64,000 nt of DNA from Candidatus Altimarinota bacterium (GTDB taxonomy: Bacteria; Patescibacteriota; Gracilibacteria; UBA1369; GCA-2718715), in contig JBESAV010000001.1 in assembly GCA_041242255.1 (NCBI GenBank), forward strand, positions 448,001 through 512,000. Direction: 5' to 3'. The notes below the pieces were generated by a model that saw only the letters and a list, made by a program, of their open reading frames with translations, had not been told where the DNA came from and made no database searches. A program made the position numbers and the translations under genes. Numbering within the stretch: position 1 is the stretch's first letter; every line of letters starts with the position of its first letter. Of the stretch, positions 45,359-55,211 are shown piece by piece.

Positions 45359-46477
45359 TCAAATATTTACTTGATTTTTCTTTTCTCTATTTACAACCTC
45401 CTCAATTTTTTCTTTAAATATTTCCTTTCTAAATTTCCTAGCTGCTTTCACAGCATTTTTACTGTCAAAGTCTTTCTCAAGCCATTTTTTAAACTCATTA
45501 AACTTCTCCACAAAATTTTCAACATCCTGTTCTTCAAAAAGTATTCCCGTCTTACCATCTATAACTGTCTCCAAAAGACCACCTTTCCCATAACCAAACA
45601 CAGGTCTTCCAGAGGCCATTGTTTCAACTGGAGTTATTCCAAAGTCTTCCTCACTACAAAATATCAAACCCTTACACTTTTTCATTAGTTTAGCCACTTC
45701 TTCATCTGGTCTAAAGCCTAGAAATTCTATGTTTTTATCTCCTTTTGCAAGTCTCTCCAAATACTCTCTATCGGAACCATCTCCAACCACCTTAAGTTTC
45801 TCTCCAAGCTTCTTAAAAGCATTAACTGCCAAATCAATCCTCTTATAACGAGTCAAAGTAGAAACTATCAGATAGTAATCACCAACCTCATCAGAAACCT
45901 CAAAGCGATCTACTTCCACCGGAGGGTAGATCACCTCAGAGTCCCTCCGGTAATATTTCTTTATTCTTTTTTGGACATTTTCAGAATTAGCAATAACTAC
46001 ATCAGATCTCTGCGCTGCCAAGTAATCCCATTCTCGTACGGGTTTCCTCAGGAAATCAACCAACACACTTTTCCATCCAGTCCACCCTTTCTCCTCTAGG
46101 TATTCGTTTTTCCAATCCCACAAAAATCTTGCCGGAGAATGATAGTAAACTACATGCAAACAATCAGTATTAGTCACAACACCGTGCGCAAAAGAGTTAC
46201 TGGAGCAAATAACCAAATCATACTCACTCAGGTCAAACCTCTCAATTTCCTTTGTAAGTCTATTGATTCCAATTCGAAAGAATTTTCTTCTCAACCACCC
46301 CCATCCTTGCAGTCGAGATCCAAAAAATTTCACTCCCTTATATTTTTTCTCAACTAAAGATTTATCGTACATTAAGCAAAAAACATCAGCCTTAGGATAT
46401 ATTTCAAGCAAACTACTTAACACCCTTTCAGCTCCACCAAGCTTAGTGACATACTCGTGTACGATTGCAACTTTCAT
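45359..46477 (-). CDS. family 4 glycosyltransferase
   Basis: GGAERVL, YYHSPARFLW and EDFGITPVETMASG motifs. Confidence 0.9.
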   Translation of the reverse strand: MKVAIVHEYVTKLGGAERVLSSLLEIYPKADVFCLMYDKSLVEKKYKGVKFFGSRLQGWGWLRRKFFRIGINRLTKEIERFDLSEYDLVICSSNSFAHGVVTNTDCLHVVYYHSPARFLWDWKNEYLEEKGWTGWKSVLVDFLRKPVREWDYLAAQRSDVVIANSENVQKRIKKYYRRDSEVIYPPVEVDRFEVSDEVGDYYLIVSTLTRYKRIDLAVNAFKKLGEKLKVVGDGSDREYLERLAKGDKNIEFLGFRPDEEVAKLMKKCKGLIFCSEEDFGITPVETMASGRPVFGYGKGGLLETVIDGKTGILFEEQDVENFVEKFNEFKKWLEKDFDSKNAVKAARKFRKEIFKEKIEEVVNREKKNQVNI

Positions 46478-46502
46478 ATTTTTTTCTGAATCATACCAGA
46501 TT

Positions 46503-47141
46503 CTAATCTCCTTTCAATCTCCCAGCCGCCAACGCAAATCGTCTTATATTGCTTTGCTGAAACCCTGCCTCTACAAGTATAGACTCTACGGCATTAAATG
46601 TAGCTCCTGTAGTCATCACATCATCTACAATCAGTACACATGCTCCATAGTCGATCCCTTCTAATTCTATAAACTCAAAAGCCCCTTGCATATTTTTCTC
46701 TCGTTCCTTCTTTCTCATCAAGCTACTAGATTTATCAAATTTAACTCTCTTAATCATTCGGGCAACTCGTCCATAACCTAATTCCTCCATCATCTTTCCA
46801 AGTAAAAAACTCTGATTAAAACCTCTAAAGCAATACCTCTTAAATGTAGTTGGTATATAAACAATATACTCAAAATGCTCCATATCAATCCCTTTCAAAA
46901 ACTTCCTCCAATACATATATGATCTTTTATCAAAGCTGTATTTAGCTTTAAGCATAAGAGTACGAATCCTACCCGAATAAGGAAAAAGTGCCCATGTCCG
47001 TGCCTCGATCAAATCTAAATTCATATCTCCTTTAATCGATTCCTCACAAGCTGTACAAACAGACTCTTCTTGACCTAAAGTCTCAAATCCACAAATAACA
47101 CAATGCCTCCCAAATATAATTTTTTCTAAATATCTAATCAT
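46503..47141 (-). CDS. comF: ComF family protein
   Basis: N-terminal CxxC...CxxC; RGFNQS and LIVDDVMTTGAT motifs. Confidence 0.88.
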   Translation of the reverse strand: MIRYLEKIIFGRHCVICGFETLGQEESVCTACEESIKGDMNLDLIEARTWALFPYSGRIRTLMLKAKYSFDKRSYMYWRKFLKGIDMEHFEYIVYIPTTFKRYCFRGFNQSFLLGKMMEELGYGRVARMIKRVKFDKSSSLMRKKEREKNMQGAFEFIELEGIDYGACVLIVDDVMTTGATFNAVESILVEAGFQQSNIRRFALAAGRLKGD

Positions 47142-47253
47142 ATTCCAACTTATGTTTACTCAAATCATAGACTTAGAAGCTTAACAAAAATTAAAATAAA
47201 TTTGAGTTATTGCTGATTATCATGCTATATTCTTGACAATGTAATATATACCC

Positions 47254-48222
47254 ATGAGAAAAAAATCATTAGCAATGATCACTGCCACTCTGATGACAGC
47301 TTCAGCGTGTACAGAAGATCCAAACAACAACATGAGTCAAGACATGGAACCACGCATCAATAACGCACCGATCCCACCTGAGGACTTCGGTACTAAAGAT
47401 GCAGGTATGGATATGAATTCTCCAGATATGCAAATCATAGAGGATATGGGGGCAAGAATTGATATGGCAATGGATCTAGGCGAAGCAGACCTTGGATCAC
47501 CTGACATGGGTGTAGATATGAGCGAAGATATGGGAGTTTCACCTATAGGTTACAATCTAGACATAACATGCGACGCATATGAAGAATGTCTACAGGCAGC
47601 TACAAGTATTCAACCAAGAACACCAAACGATCCAGAATATATTCTCTCAAGATACGGCCTAGGTGGATATCCAGAAGAGACAACACAAATCCAAGAACAA
47701 AACAGGCAATCAGGTATAATCAACCGCCAACCTGGCCTCAATGAAGCTGCAACAATATTAAATCCACTAGGAGAGCAAAGCTCAACAGGTCTTATAGTTG
47801 ACGGAACATTCTGTATTTTACCTGAAGAATCTCAAGTTAGATTAATAAGTGTTACTGAACCAAACGTGCCATTTGATAGTTGTGAGCCAACTGCGGAGGC
47901 TTGTACTGTAACTTTTGAATACATCAGCCTCGCTCCTTCAAACTGGTCTGATCTAAGAATAGTAATGAAATTTGAATGTCCTGATTCATCAGTTCCTTCA
48001 GTTGATGGTATTGATGCAGTTCTTACAAACCCAGATGATAATGAATATTCAGCATTTGTAAGCCTTCAAGATACTTATAGTGTCTCACCTAACAACTGTT
48101 TATTAGATCCAGACTTCGTTTTAATTGCCGAAACTTGCAAAAACTTTAACGATCAAATACCTGACGAGTACCCTGTATATACAGGTGAAAGATTCAAATC
48201 TTCTCTAAGAATTTCAAGATGA
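47254..48222 (+). CDS. putative lipoprotein with an Asp-Met-Gly-rich linker and a Cys-containing domain
   Basis: Signal peptide ending TASAC; DM/DLG repeats at residues 44-95. Confidence 0.75.
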   Translation: MRKKSLAMITATLMTASACTEDPNNNMSQDMEPRINNAPIPPEDFGTKDAGMDMNSPDMQIIEDMGARIDMAMDLGEADLGSPDMGVDMSEDMGVSPIGYNLDITCDAYEECLQAATSIQPRTPNDPEYILSRYGLGGYPEETTQIQEQNRQSGIINRQPGLNEAATILNPLGEQSSTGLIVDGTFCILPEESQVRLISVTEPNVPFDSCEPTAEACTVTFEYISLAPSNWSDLRIVMKFECPDSSVPSVDGIDAVLTNPDDNEYSAFVSLQDTYSVSPNNCLLDPDFVLIAETCKNFNDQIPDEYPVYTGERFKSSLRISR

Positions 48223-48866
48223 ATAATTTCTCAGACAATAACTCAACTTCATTCGGCTTCAATGACTCAAATATAGATCCATTCGACCCATTTGGTCTAG
48301 GTGGATCACAACAATCATCTACTCAGTCAGATTCCTCCAATTCACAGTCAGAAGAATCTGACCAGACCTCCTCTAAACCACCAACAAAGCAGTCAGATAA
48401 GCCTACCCCAAAGAAAGATGATGGAGTTAGAGTAAAAACAGTAAAAGCAGATGACTCCTCAGATGAAACCGAGAACGAAGAAGATAAAACACCTGCTAAT
48501 TTTCAAATTGGAAAGAAAAGTCAAGAAATCAGAATCAAGCTAAAGCCTCATAACTTAAACTTCAACGAAGATTACTTCCTAAAGCTCTTAGCTGGCTCCA
48601 TTTCTCTCAATCGCGATGAAAAGAAAAGGATTTTAGATTCAATCCCAACTCTAAGGCAGTCTCAAATCAATCAACTAATAGAAATATTTGAAGACGAAAA
48701 AAGGAAATTTGCCGATCTCCCAGATAAACATCAGAAAGAACTAGAAAAATTAGATAAAAAGCACCACCTAGAGTGGATGTCTATTGAAGACGAGTATCTA
48801 ATGGGAGAAAAACAGCAAGAAGATCAAGCAAAAGCTGATGAGATTCGAAAAAATTTAGGATTATAA
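48219..48866 (+). CDS. hypothetical protein
   Basis: Low-complexity N-terminus; helical C-terminal domain related to 39549..39917. Confidence 0.75.
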   Translation: MNNFSDNNSTSFGFNDSNIDPFDPFGLGGSQQSSTQSDSSNSQSEESDQTSSKPPTKQSDKPTPKKDDGVRVKTVKADDSSDETENEEDKTPANFQIGKKSQEIRIKLKPHNLNFNEDYFLKLLAGSISLNRDEKKRILDSIPTLRQSQINQLIEIFEDEKRKFADLPDKHQKELEKLDKKHHLEWMSIEDEYLMGEKQQEDQAKADEIRKNLGL

Positions 48867-48878
48867 CAAAACTATACA

Positions 48879-49268
48879 ATGAAAAAATTTATCACTCTAT
48901 TAACAGTTTCAATTCTAGTTTCTGGATGCTCTGCAACACCAGAAGATCAAGTTGAAAGCATTGACCAAACTGAAACCAATCAAACTCAGCTTGAAGTTAG
49001 CGAGGAAGAATTAACACAAGAGGAAGCAGACAGACAATCTGAAATCGAAGAAGATCTACAGATTTACGAAACCACAGATCAAGCCAATCAAACTCTAGAG
49101 GACTGTGAAGACTTTAATGATGAAAATGCTAAGTCAGCCTGCCAAGATAATTACCATTTCAATCAAGCAGTTCAATCCAACGACCCATCAAGCTGCCAAA
49201 AAATAAAAGATCCCCAATTCATGGAGATCTGTAATTTTGAATCATCTCAAGAACCGGAGCAGTCTTAG
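48879..49268 (+). CDS. putative lipoprotein with paired cysteines
   Basis: Lipobox VSGC; repeats CEDFNDENAKSAC and CQKIKDPQFMEIC. Confidence 0.75.
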   Translation: MKKFITLLTVSILVSGCSATPEDQVESIDQTETNQTQLEVSEEELTQEEADRQSEIEEDLQIYETTDQANQTLEDCEDFNDENAKSACQDNYHFNQAVQSNDPSSCQKIKDPQFMEICNFESSQEPEQS

Positions 49269-49945
49269 AAGTTTTTATTGTATAAGTTATCAGGATCCCA
49301 GCACATTGCTTTTACATATAAAGTACCATTCTGTGCAGGATCTTGAGCTTGCCTAGCGTAACCATAACATGAGTTATTAGACGCGTAAGTGTAAGAACCA
49401 TCATGTTTATAATCCATATAATAGTCATATAGACGTGACGTACATGAAACCAAATACGTTGTAGATGGGCACGTAGCATAAGTCGTATGATATGTTCCTA
49501 AGCTACTATCAGTTAAACTTTTTGAACCAGTCACTTCATACATATATCCGATAGATCGTGCTTTTAAGTGAGAGTTAATATCAACTTCATATGATGCAGA
49601 CCCTGAACCAATCTCAAGCTCAGTCACACCTCTCATATCTACATAAGCCGAATTTATATCAATAGTCTGAGTTTCTGAACAACCAATACATCCCTGAATA
49701 TTATCAGCTACAAAGTCCCTTACCGTTAAACCTTTAATGAAAGAAGTTCCACTAGTGTCACTAACGTCAAGTCTCCCATTAACAGTCAACCCATCAAAAA
49801 CAGGACTTATAAATCCATTCGGTGGTTCATTTGAAGGCCCACTAAAACTATTCGCAGCTACTAAACCAGCAAACCCTACCATGGTTATACCAAGTACCAT
49901 TCCAGCTAATACCCCTGAAATCTTTTTACAAAATTTTGTTACCAT
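49265..49945 (-). CDS. secreted hypothetical protein
   Basis: Signal/TM segment followed by FSGPSNEPPNGFISP; Cys-containing C-terminal domain. Confidence 0.7.
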   Translation of the reverse strand: MVTKFCKKISGVLAGMVLGITMVGFAGLVAANSFSGPSNEPPNGFISPVFDGLTVNGRLDVSDTSGTSFIKGLTVRDFVADNIQGCIGCSETQTIDINSAYVDMRGVTELEIGSGSASYEVDINSHLKARSIGYMYEVTGSKSLTDSSLGTYHTTYATCPSTTYLVSCTSRLYDYYMDYKHDGSYTYASNNSCYGYARQAQDPAQNGTLYVKAMCWDPDNLYNKNF

Positions 49946-50068
49946 CTCAAACTAATTAATTATCAGATTATTATAACATAAAACCCTAAAACCAAAAAGT
50001 CTTATTCATTCCGAAATAAGTAAAAACTAACTACAATATTGTCTGAACTTTTAGCAGAGAAACAACAA

Positions 50069-51322
50069 ATGTTTAAATTCCTAAAAAAGAAAAACAATTC
50101 CAAAAACCTCCTCGCTTTAGATATTGGTACTGAATTCGTAAAAGCTATAATCTTAGAAATCCCAGAAGACTCAGTAAAACCAAAGATTATTGGATTTGGA
50201 AAATACCCACAAAAGCTTGGTGATATGCACAACGGTGCAATTATGGATATAACTTCTGTTATCGAAAACAGCAAAGAAGCTATCCTACAGGCTCAAGATG
50301 ATGCTGGTGTTGAACCATCTCAGATAATTCTTGGAATGGCAGGGGAGCTCGTGAAAGGTGATGTGACGACTATTGAGTATAAAAGAAAAAAACCAGACAA
50401 AAAAATAGATCTAGATGAACTACAAGAAATCGTCCAGAAGGTCCAAAGAGAGGCCTTCCAAAAAGCTAGACAAAAAATTGCCGAAGATACTGGATTCCCT
50501 GAACCAGAGATAAAGCTGGTAAATGCCGCTATAGTTGCAGTAAATATTGATGGCTATAAAGTCACAAATCCAATCGGCTTCCAAGGGGAAAACGTAAAAA
50601 TAACTATCTTTAACGCCTTTTCTCCACTAGTGCATTTCGGATCCCTCCAAACAATTGGCGATGAGCTTGGCCTAGATCTACTCTCGATTGCAGTTGAGCC
50701 ATACGCGGTATCTAGAAGTTTATCCTACGAAGACGGAGGTGATTACAGTGCTATCTTCATAGATATTGGTGGAGGAACTACCGATATAGCAGTTGTCCAA
50801 AATGGAGCCTGCATGGGTACCAAAATGTTTACATTGGGTGGGCGTTCATTTACCAAGAGATTGTCTCAGATTTTAAATATTTCTCTAAAAGAAGCGGAAG
50901 ATATCAAGTTAGCTTATTCTGATGATGAACTAGACAGAGACAGCTTCCAGAAAGTAAGAGATGCTTTCAAGGTAGATAGTCAGGTTTGGGTTTCAGGAGT
51001 TGAACTAAGTTTATCTGAATTTGATCATTTAGATTCTCTTCCTTCCAAGATATATATATGTGGAGGAGGAAGCCACCTTCCAGAGATCAAAGAAGTCCTA
51101 GAAGACCAAGCTTGGCAGAAAAACCTACCCTTCATCAAACCTCCAAAGGTCTCATTCCTTGTTCCAGAATACATTTCCAGTCTTGAAGACATGACGGATT
51201 CTTTAAAAGATCCATCGGATATTACACCTTTAGCTTTAGCTAATCTTGGAGTACCTCTCTCACAACAGGAGGACTCACTTAGAAGTGTTTTAAGAAAAGT
51301 CATAAAATTAATGCAAGTTTAG
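50069..51322 (+). CDS. FtsA-like actin-fold ATPase
   Basis: LALDIGTEFVK, IDIGGGTTD and ICGGGS motifs; ATG 50069 preferred over TTG 50039. Confidence 0.85.
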   Translation: MFKFLKKKNNSKNLLALDIGTEFVKAIILEIPEDSVKPKIIGFGKYPQKLGDMHNGAIMDITSVIENSKEAILQAQDDAGVEPSQIILGMAGELVKGDVTTIEYKRKKPDKKIDLDELQEIVQKVQREAFQKARQKIAEDTGFPEPEIKLVNAAIVAVNIDGYKVTNPIGFQGENVKITIFNAFSPLVHFGSLQTIGDELGLDLLSIAVEPYAVSRSLSYEDGGDYSAIFIDIGGGTTDIAVVQNGACMGTKMFTLGGRSFTKRLSQILNISLKEAEDIKLAYSDDELDRDSFQKVRDAFKVDSQVWVSGVELSLSEFDHLDSLPSKIYICGGGSHLPEIKEVLEDQAWQKNLPFIKPPKVSFLVPEYISSLEDMTDSLKDPSDITPLALANLGVPLSQQEDSLRSVLRKVIKLMQV

Positions 51323-51324
51323 AT

Positions 51325-53136
51325 ATGACAAAAAAAGAAAAAGATACAAAAAAATACAATCAAATACCCCTTTCTCAAGTTGTTTATGTAAACATAGATG
51401 ACGAAGTAGCAACGGTCTTCAATCAAATCCAAAACAAATCCAAAGACAAAATTTATATCATTGCCCCAAACCGAGCCGTATTGTTTCAAAGTGCTATCAA
51501 TCTAAAAATCCTTAAAAGAAAATCATCCGACTTAAAAAAAGAAATATTCTTAGTAACTACTGACATAAACGGGCAACATCACGCTAAACAAGCTGGAATA
51601 GATTTCTTCAACACCATTCAAGAAGCTACCGGGGAAAAAAAAGTTAAACCAAAACCAGTTCCAGCTTCCAACATCATTAAAGTCGCACCACAAAAAGACA
51701 CTACTCCAGACCCAAAAGCCGAACCAGAAACAAATCCAAAACCAACTCTCAAAGAATCAATCTTAAACTTGCCTCAAACTCTAGAGCAAAAATATAATCA
51801 ATCAGTCCAATCAGCCAAGGAATTTATATACAAAAAAATCCCTAAACTTAATCCTGAAAATCAAAAGTTTATCGTTACCAAACCCAACAAAAACCTGCTT
51901 TTCAGCATAGGGCTATTCACATGTCTTCTTTTCTTTTTTGTAGCTTATATATCTCTTCCAAACTCATCAGTAAGAATTACCCCAAACTTCATACCAATTG
52001 AACAGACAGTAAATATAACTTTAGCTGATGTAGATATGCACGAAAGATGGCTTAGAACTACTACAAACAAAGCAATTGCTATGCACAATATATCTCCTGG
52101 GATTGTAGAAAACACTATTGAGTTCCAACCAACTGGGTTTGATTTAAATGGTAAAAATGCAGAAGGAGAAATCACCATTTACAATATCAGCGATCGAGAG
52201 TTTCCACTTGTTCCATTTACTAGATTCCAAACAGAAAATGGAATCATCGTTAGAAGTAAACGTTTCATAAACCTTCCTCCAGGTTCTCCTGAGGAACCAT
52301 CAGTTATGACTGTTGAAGTAGTAGCGGATGCCTTGGATATAAATAAAATCCCTGCAGGTGAAAGAGGAAATCTACCAACTCAAACCAAACTTTTCTTGCC
52401 AGCCCTAAGAGCTGAAACTCAACAAGAAGTCTATGCTGAGGTAAGTAGAGAACTTGAAGGTGGAGTGACTTCAAATGACAGGATTGTTACAGATAATGAT
52501 TTAGTCTCAGCCGAGCAACAAGCCATAGCACAGCTCAATAACTCTCTTGAAGCTCAACTCCAAGAGTATGTCCAAAAGTACAACCAAGACTACAATCTCG
52601 ACCTAAAATTATTTAATTTTCCAGAAACCTTCCAGATTAGTAATGTTGAAACAAGTTTAGATCCAGATTTATTAGGTCAAAAAATGCCATCCTTCAATAT
52701 CACAGCAAGAGCCAACGTTTCAGCATATGCCTACGATCATGAGGAATTCACCAATATCCTTGTAAACCAACTCAGAAACGTAAAAAGCCCAGATAAACAA
52801 CTTTCAGTTATTAATACTGAAGACATCCAAACAAGAATTCTTGATACACTAAATCAAGAAGACATACAAAATAAATTAGAAGAAGGATTTATTGAAGTAA
52901 CAGCAACAATCTCTGGAGTAGAGAAGTACATTGTTGATCCAAACACGCCTGCCGGACAAAACTTATACGACAAGATAACTCAAAACATCGTCAATCTAAG
53001 AGTTAGCGAAGCTAGAAGATACATCCAAGGTCTTCCAGAAGTAGATAAAGCTCAGATTAGCGTATGGCCATTCTGGGCACCAACACTCCCAAGCAATCCA
53101 GATAACATTAAGATAAAACTAAATGACCAAGTATAA
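51325..53136 (+). CDS. bitopic membrane protein with a baseplate-J/gp47-like extracytoplasmic region
   Basis: Cytoplasmic N-terminal domain, one TM helix, AEGEITIYN...LVPFTRFQTENG...GERGN...GG, and C-terminal VWPFWAPTLP; starts 2 nt after the FtsA-like gene. Confidence 0.65.
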   Translation: MTKKEKDTKKYNQIPLSQVVYVNIDDEVATVFNQIQNKSKDKIYIIAPNRAVLFQSAINLKILKRKSSDLKKEIFLVTTDINGQHHAKQAGIDFFNTIQEATGEKKVKPKPVPASNIIKVAPQKDTTPDPKAEPETNPKPTLKESILNLPQTLEQKYNQSVQSAKEFIYKKIPKLNPENQKFIVTKPNKNLLFSIGLFTCLLFFFVAYISLPNSSVRITPNFIPIEQTVNITLADVDMHERWLRTTTNKAIAMHNISPGIVENTIEFQPTGFDLNGKNAEGEITIYNISDREFPLVPFTRFQTENGIIVRSKRFINLPPGSPEEPSVMTVEVVADALDINKIPAGERGNLPTQTKLFLPALRAETQQEVYAEVSRELEGGVTSNDRIVTDNDLVSAEQQAIAQLNNSLEAQLQEYVQKYNQDYNLDLKLFNFPETFQISNVETSLDPDLLGQKMPSFNITARANVSAYAYDHEEFTNILVNQLRNVKSPDKQLSVINTEDIQTRILDTLNQEDIQNKLEEGFIEVTATISGVEKYIVDPNTPAGQNLYDKITQNIVNLRVSEARRYIQGLPEVDKAQISVWPFWAPTLPSNPDNIKIKLNDQV

Positions 53137-53908
53137 AGAATCTCTAATAGATCAAAAATTTATAAAAGTAGATAAGGTTAAGATAAGTTTTTTCAAATTC
53201 GGTAACGGCCCTCAAAAAATCCTTATCCTTCATGGCTTTGGTAGCTCAATCAAAAGCTGGAAAAAACTAATTACAAAGTTTGACCCAACCAAGTTCACTC
53301 TGTATTTCCCTGAACTTCCAGGCTTTGGACAAAGCGAACATCCACCGAAACCCTGGGAGGTTAAAGACTACACCAAGTTTGTTCAAGCTCTCATAAAACA
53401 AGAAAATCTAGATCTAAATTTTCTCATCTGCCACTCTTTCGGAGGCCGAATATCCATCCAACTCCTTACTCAAGATAATAATTTTCAAAAAGCAATTTTT
53501 ATAGCCGCCGCGGGTATTAGACCAAAACTTACTTTTGTTCAAAAGTTAGCCAACAAAGTTGGTCCAATTCTAAAACCCATTAAAGGATTCAAACCTGTCC
53601 AAATCCTTCTTAAAAATCTAAGAAAACTCATAGGAGCGGGCGACTACAATAAAGTTCAAGGAACTATGAAACAGACCTTTATAAATGTAGTAAACACAGA
53701 TCTCTCAGAATCCCTCCCAAAAATAAAAACACCAGTTCAATTAATCTGGGGAGACCAAGACACATTGACTCCAATTTACATGGGTCAAAAAATGAAAGAG
53801 TCTATTCCAAACTCTGAACTTACAATCTACCAAGGCAAAAAACATGGACTTCACCTCACAGACCCAGCTAGACTACATAAAGACATAACAAGTTTTTTAC
53901 TTAATTAA
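53123..53908 (+). CDS. alpha/beta hydrolase
   Basis: LHGFG, PGFGQS, nucleophile motif CHSFGG, WGDQD and a catalytic His. Confidence 0.9.
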   Translation: MTKYKESLIDQKFIKVDKVKISFFKFGNGPQKILILHGFGSSIKSWKKLITKFDPTKFTLYFPELPGFGQSEHPPKPWEVKDYTKFVQALIKQENLDLNFLICHSFGGRISIQLLTQDNNFQKAIFIAAAGIRPKLTFVQKLANKVGPILKPIKGFKPVQILLKNLRKLIGAGDYNKVQGTMKQTFINVVNTDLSESLPKIKTPVQLIWGDQDTLTPIYMGQKMKESIPNSELTIYQGKKHGLHLTDPARLHKDITSFLLN

Positions 53909-53984
53909 TCAAACTCATTATACCAACTTGATATGTATTGACGTGCTAGCACTTAATGTTATGCTTTTTGTATAAAAGATTATA

Positions 53985-55178
53985 TTGAAAAAATCCATTG
54001 AGCACTTAATTACTTTTGGGGACTTAAGGTCAAGATTGCATGGACTACATCAAGCAGCAAAACCTCTTAGGTCAAACAATTCTAAATCTGCAATTATACA
54101 AAGTATGATAAGCAGTAACACTAGAGATATTCTAAATCCAGAAACTGTAGATTATTTTTTTTCAATGTACCCTAAACCTACAACTGTACCCTTTCAGTTT
54201 GAACCTATTTATGCCCATAGTGTGCGCTTGAAAGATGCTCTGAAGTTATCCGAAGAGATTGGTTCAAGAAACTTTTTTCATAATATTGATAGTTTAATTG
54301 TAAGTATAGACGGCACATCTATAAGTTATTTAAACACCCTTATTGACGAACCAGAAATGTTCCCAAACCTAGAATCTATTATCCTATTTGTGGCTCCAAA
54401 TGGAGATGAGTTTTTGGGACAACTTTTAAAATATCCTAATTTTGAAAGTTTAGACAAACTTCACGTTAATAGGTTCTATAACCGTACGCCAGAGGAACTT
54501 AGTATTGTTCTTCAGGATTCATACCTGCCCCATCTACAGCATCTATCTCTATCGTCTTGTTATCATGGTAGAAACCATAAAGATGTCAGTAAAGTACTTA
54601 GCAACTCAGGATTTTCCCCAACTTTAGATGCTGTGTCACTAGTAAATTTCCCAAAACCATTAAAGTTTCTTCTGAAAATGCAAAAGGAAGGAATGTTAAA
54701 TGCGGTATCTAGCAGTTCACTAAGCAAAAACAATAATTTATTCACAGTCACTAACACCCCGAGGTTTTTCAGTTTAAGACTTCCATTTTTAGAGCATTTA
54801 GATCTATCAGAAACAAATTTATCTGATACATCTTTAAAATTAATTTTAAAGATGCCTTTTACTCAAGATTTAAAATCTCTACTCATTCAACGTACAAATG
54901 TAACAGTTGAAGGTATTCAGCATATTTTTGAAAGTCAAAAGCCTGCTTCATTAGAGTGGCTGGACATTGATTTCACTAAACTAGATGCTAAAACCACAGA
55001 GCTCATATCTGAGTCTAATTTTTCGAAACAATTAACACATCTAACATCTTACCCTTATTCTAACGACCACCCATTTGTACAACACTTTAGAAAGTCTGAA
55101 AACACTCAACATTTATTTCCAGTTAGAAACTGCAAAAAATCTAGAACTTTCAAGAGAATTAGACGTATATATTATTAG
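53985..55178 (+). CDS. leucine-rich-repeat-like protein
   Basis: Repeats LEHLDLSETNLSDTSL, LKSLLIQRTNVTVEGI and LEWLDIDFTKLD; the start codon is uncertain. Confidence 0.6.
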   Translation: MKKSIEHLITFGDLRSRLHGLHQAAKPLRSNNSKSAIIQSMISSNTRDILNPETVDYFFSMYPKPTTVPFQFEPIYAHSVRLKDALKLSEEIGSRNFFHNIDSLIVSIDGTSISYLNTLIDEPEMFPNLESIILFVAPNGDEFLGQLLKYPNFESLDKLHVNRFYNRTPEELSIVLQDSYLPHLQHLSLSSCYHGRNHKDVSKVLSNSGFSPTLDAVSLVNFPKPLKFLLKMQKEGMLNAVSSSSLSKNNNLFTVTNTPRFFSLRLPFLEHLDLSETNLSDTSLKLILKMPFTQDLKSLLIQRTNVTVEGIQHIFESQKPASLEWLDIDFTKLDAKTTELISESNFSKQLTHLTSYPYSNDHPFVQHFRKSENTQHLFPVRNCKKSRTFKRIRRIYY

Positions 55179-55211
55179 AAGTTACAATGCTTCAGACTAA
55201 AATTATAAACA

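Noticed and set aside
51325-53136. Prophage or contractile injection system, suggested by the baseplate-J-like region
   Set aside because: No tail, sheath, capsid or integrase genes are nearby, and the protein is membrane-anchored.
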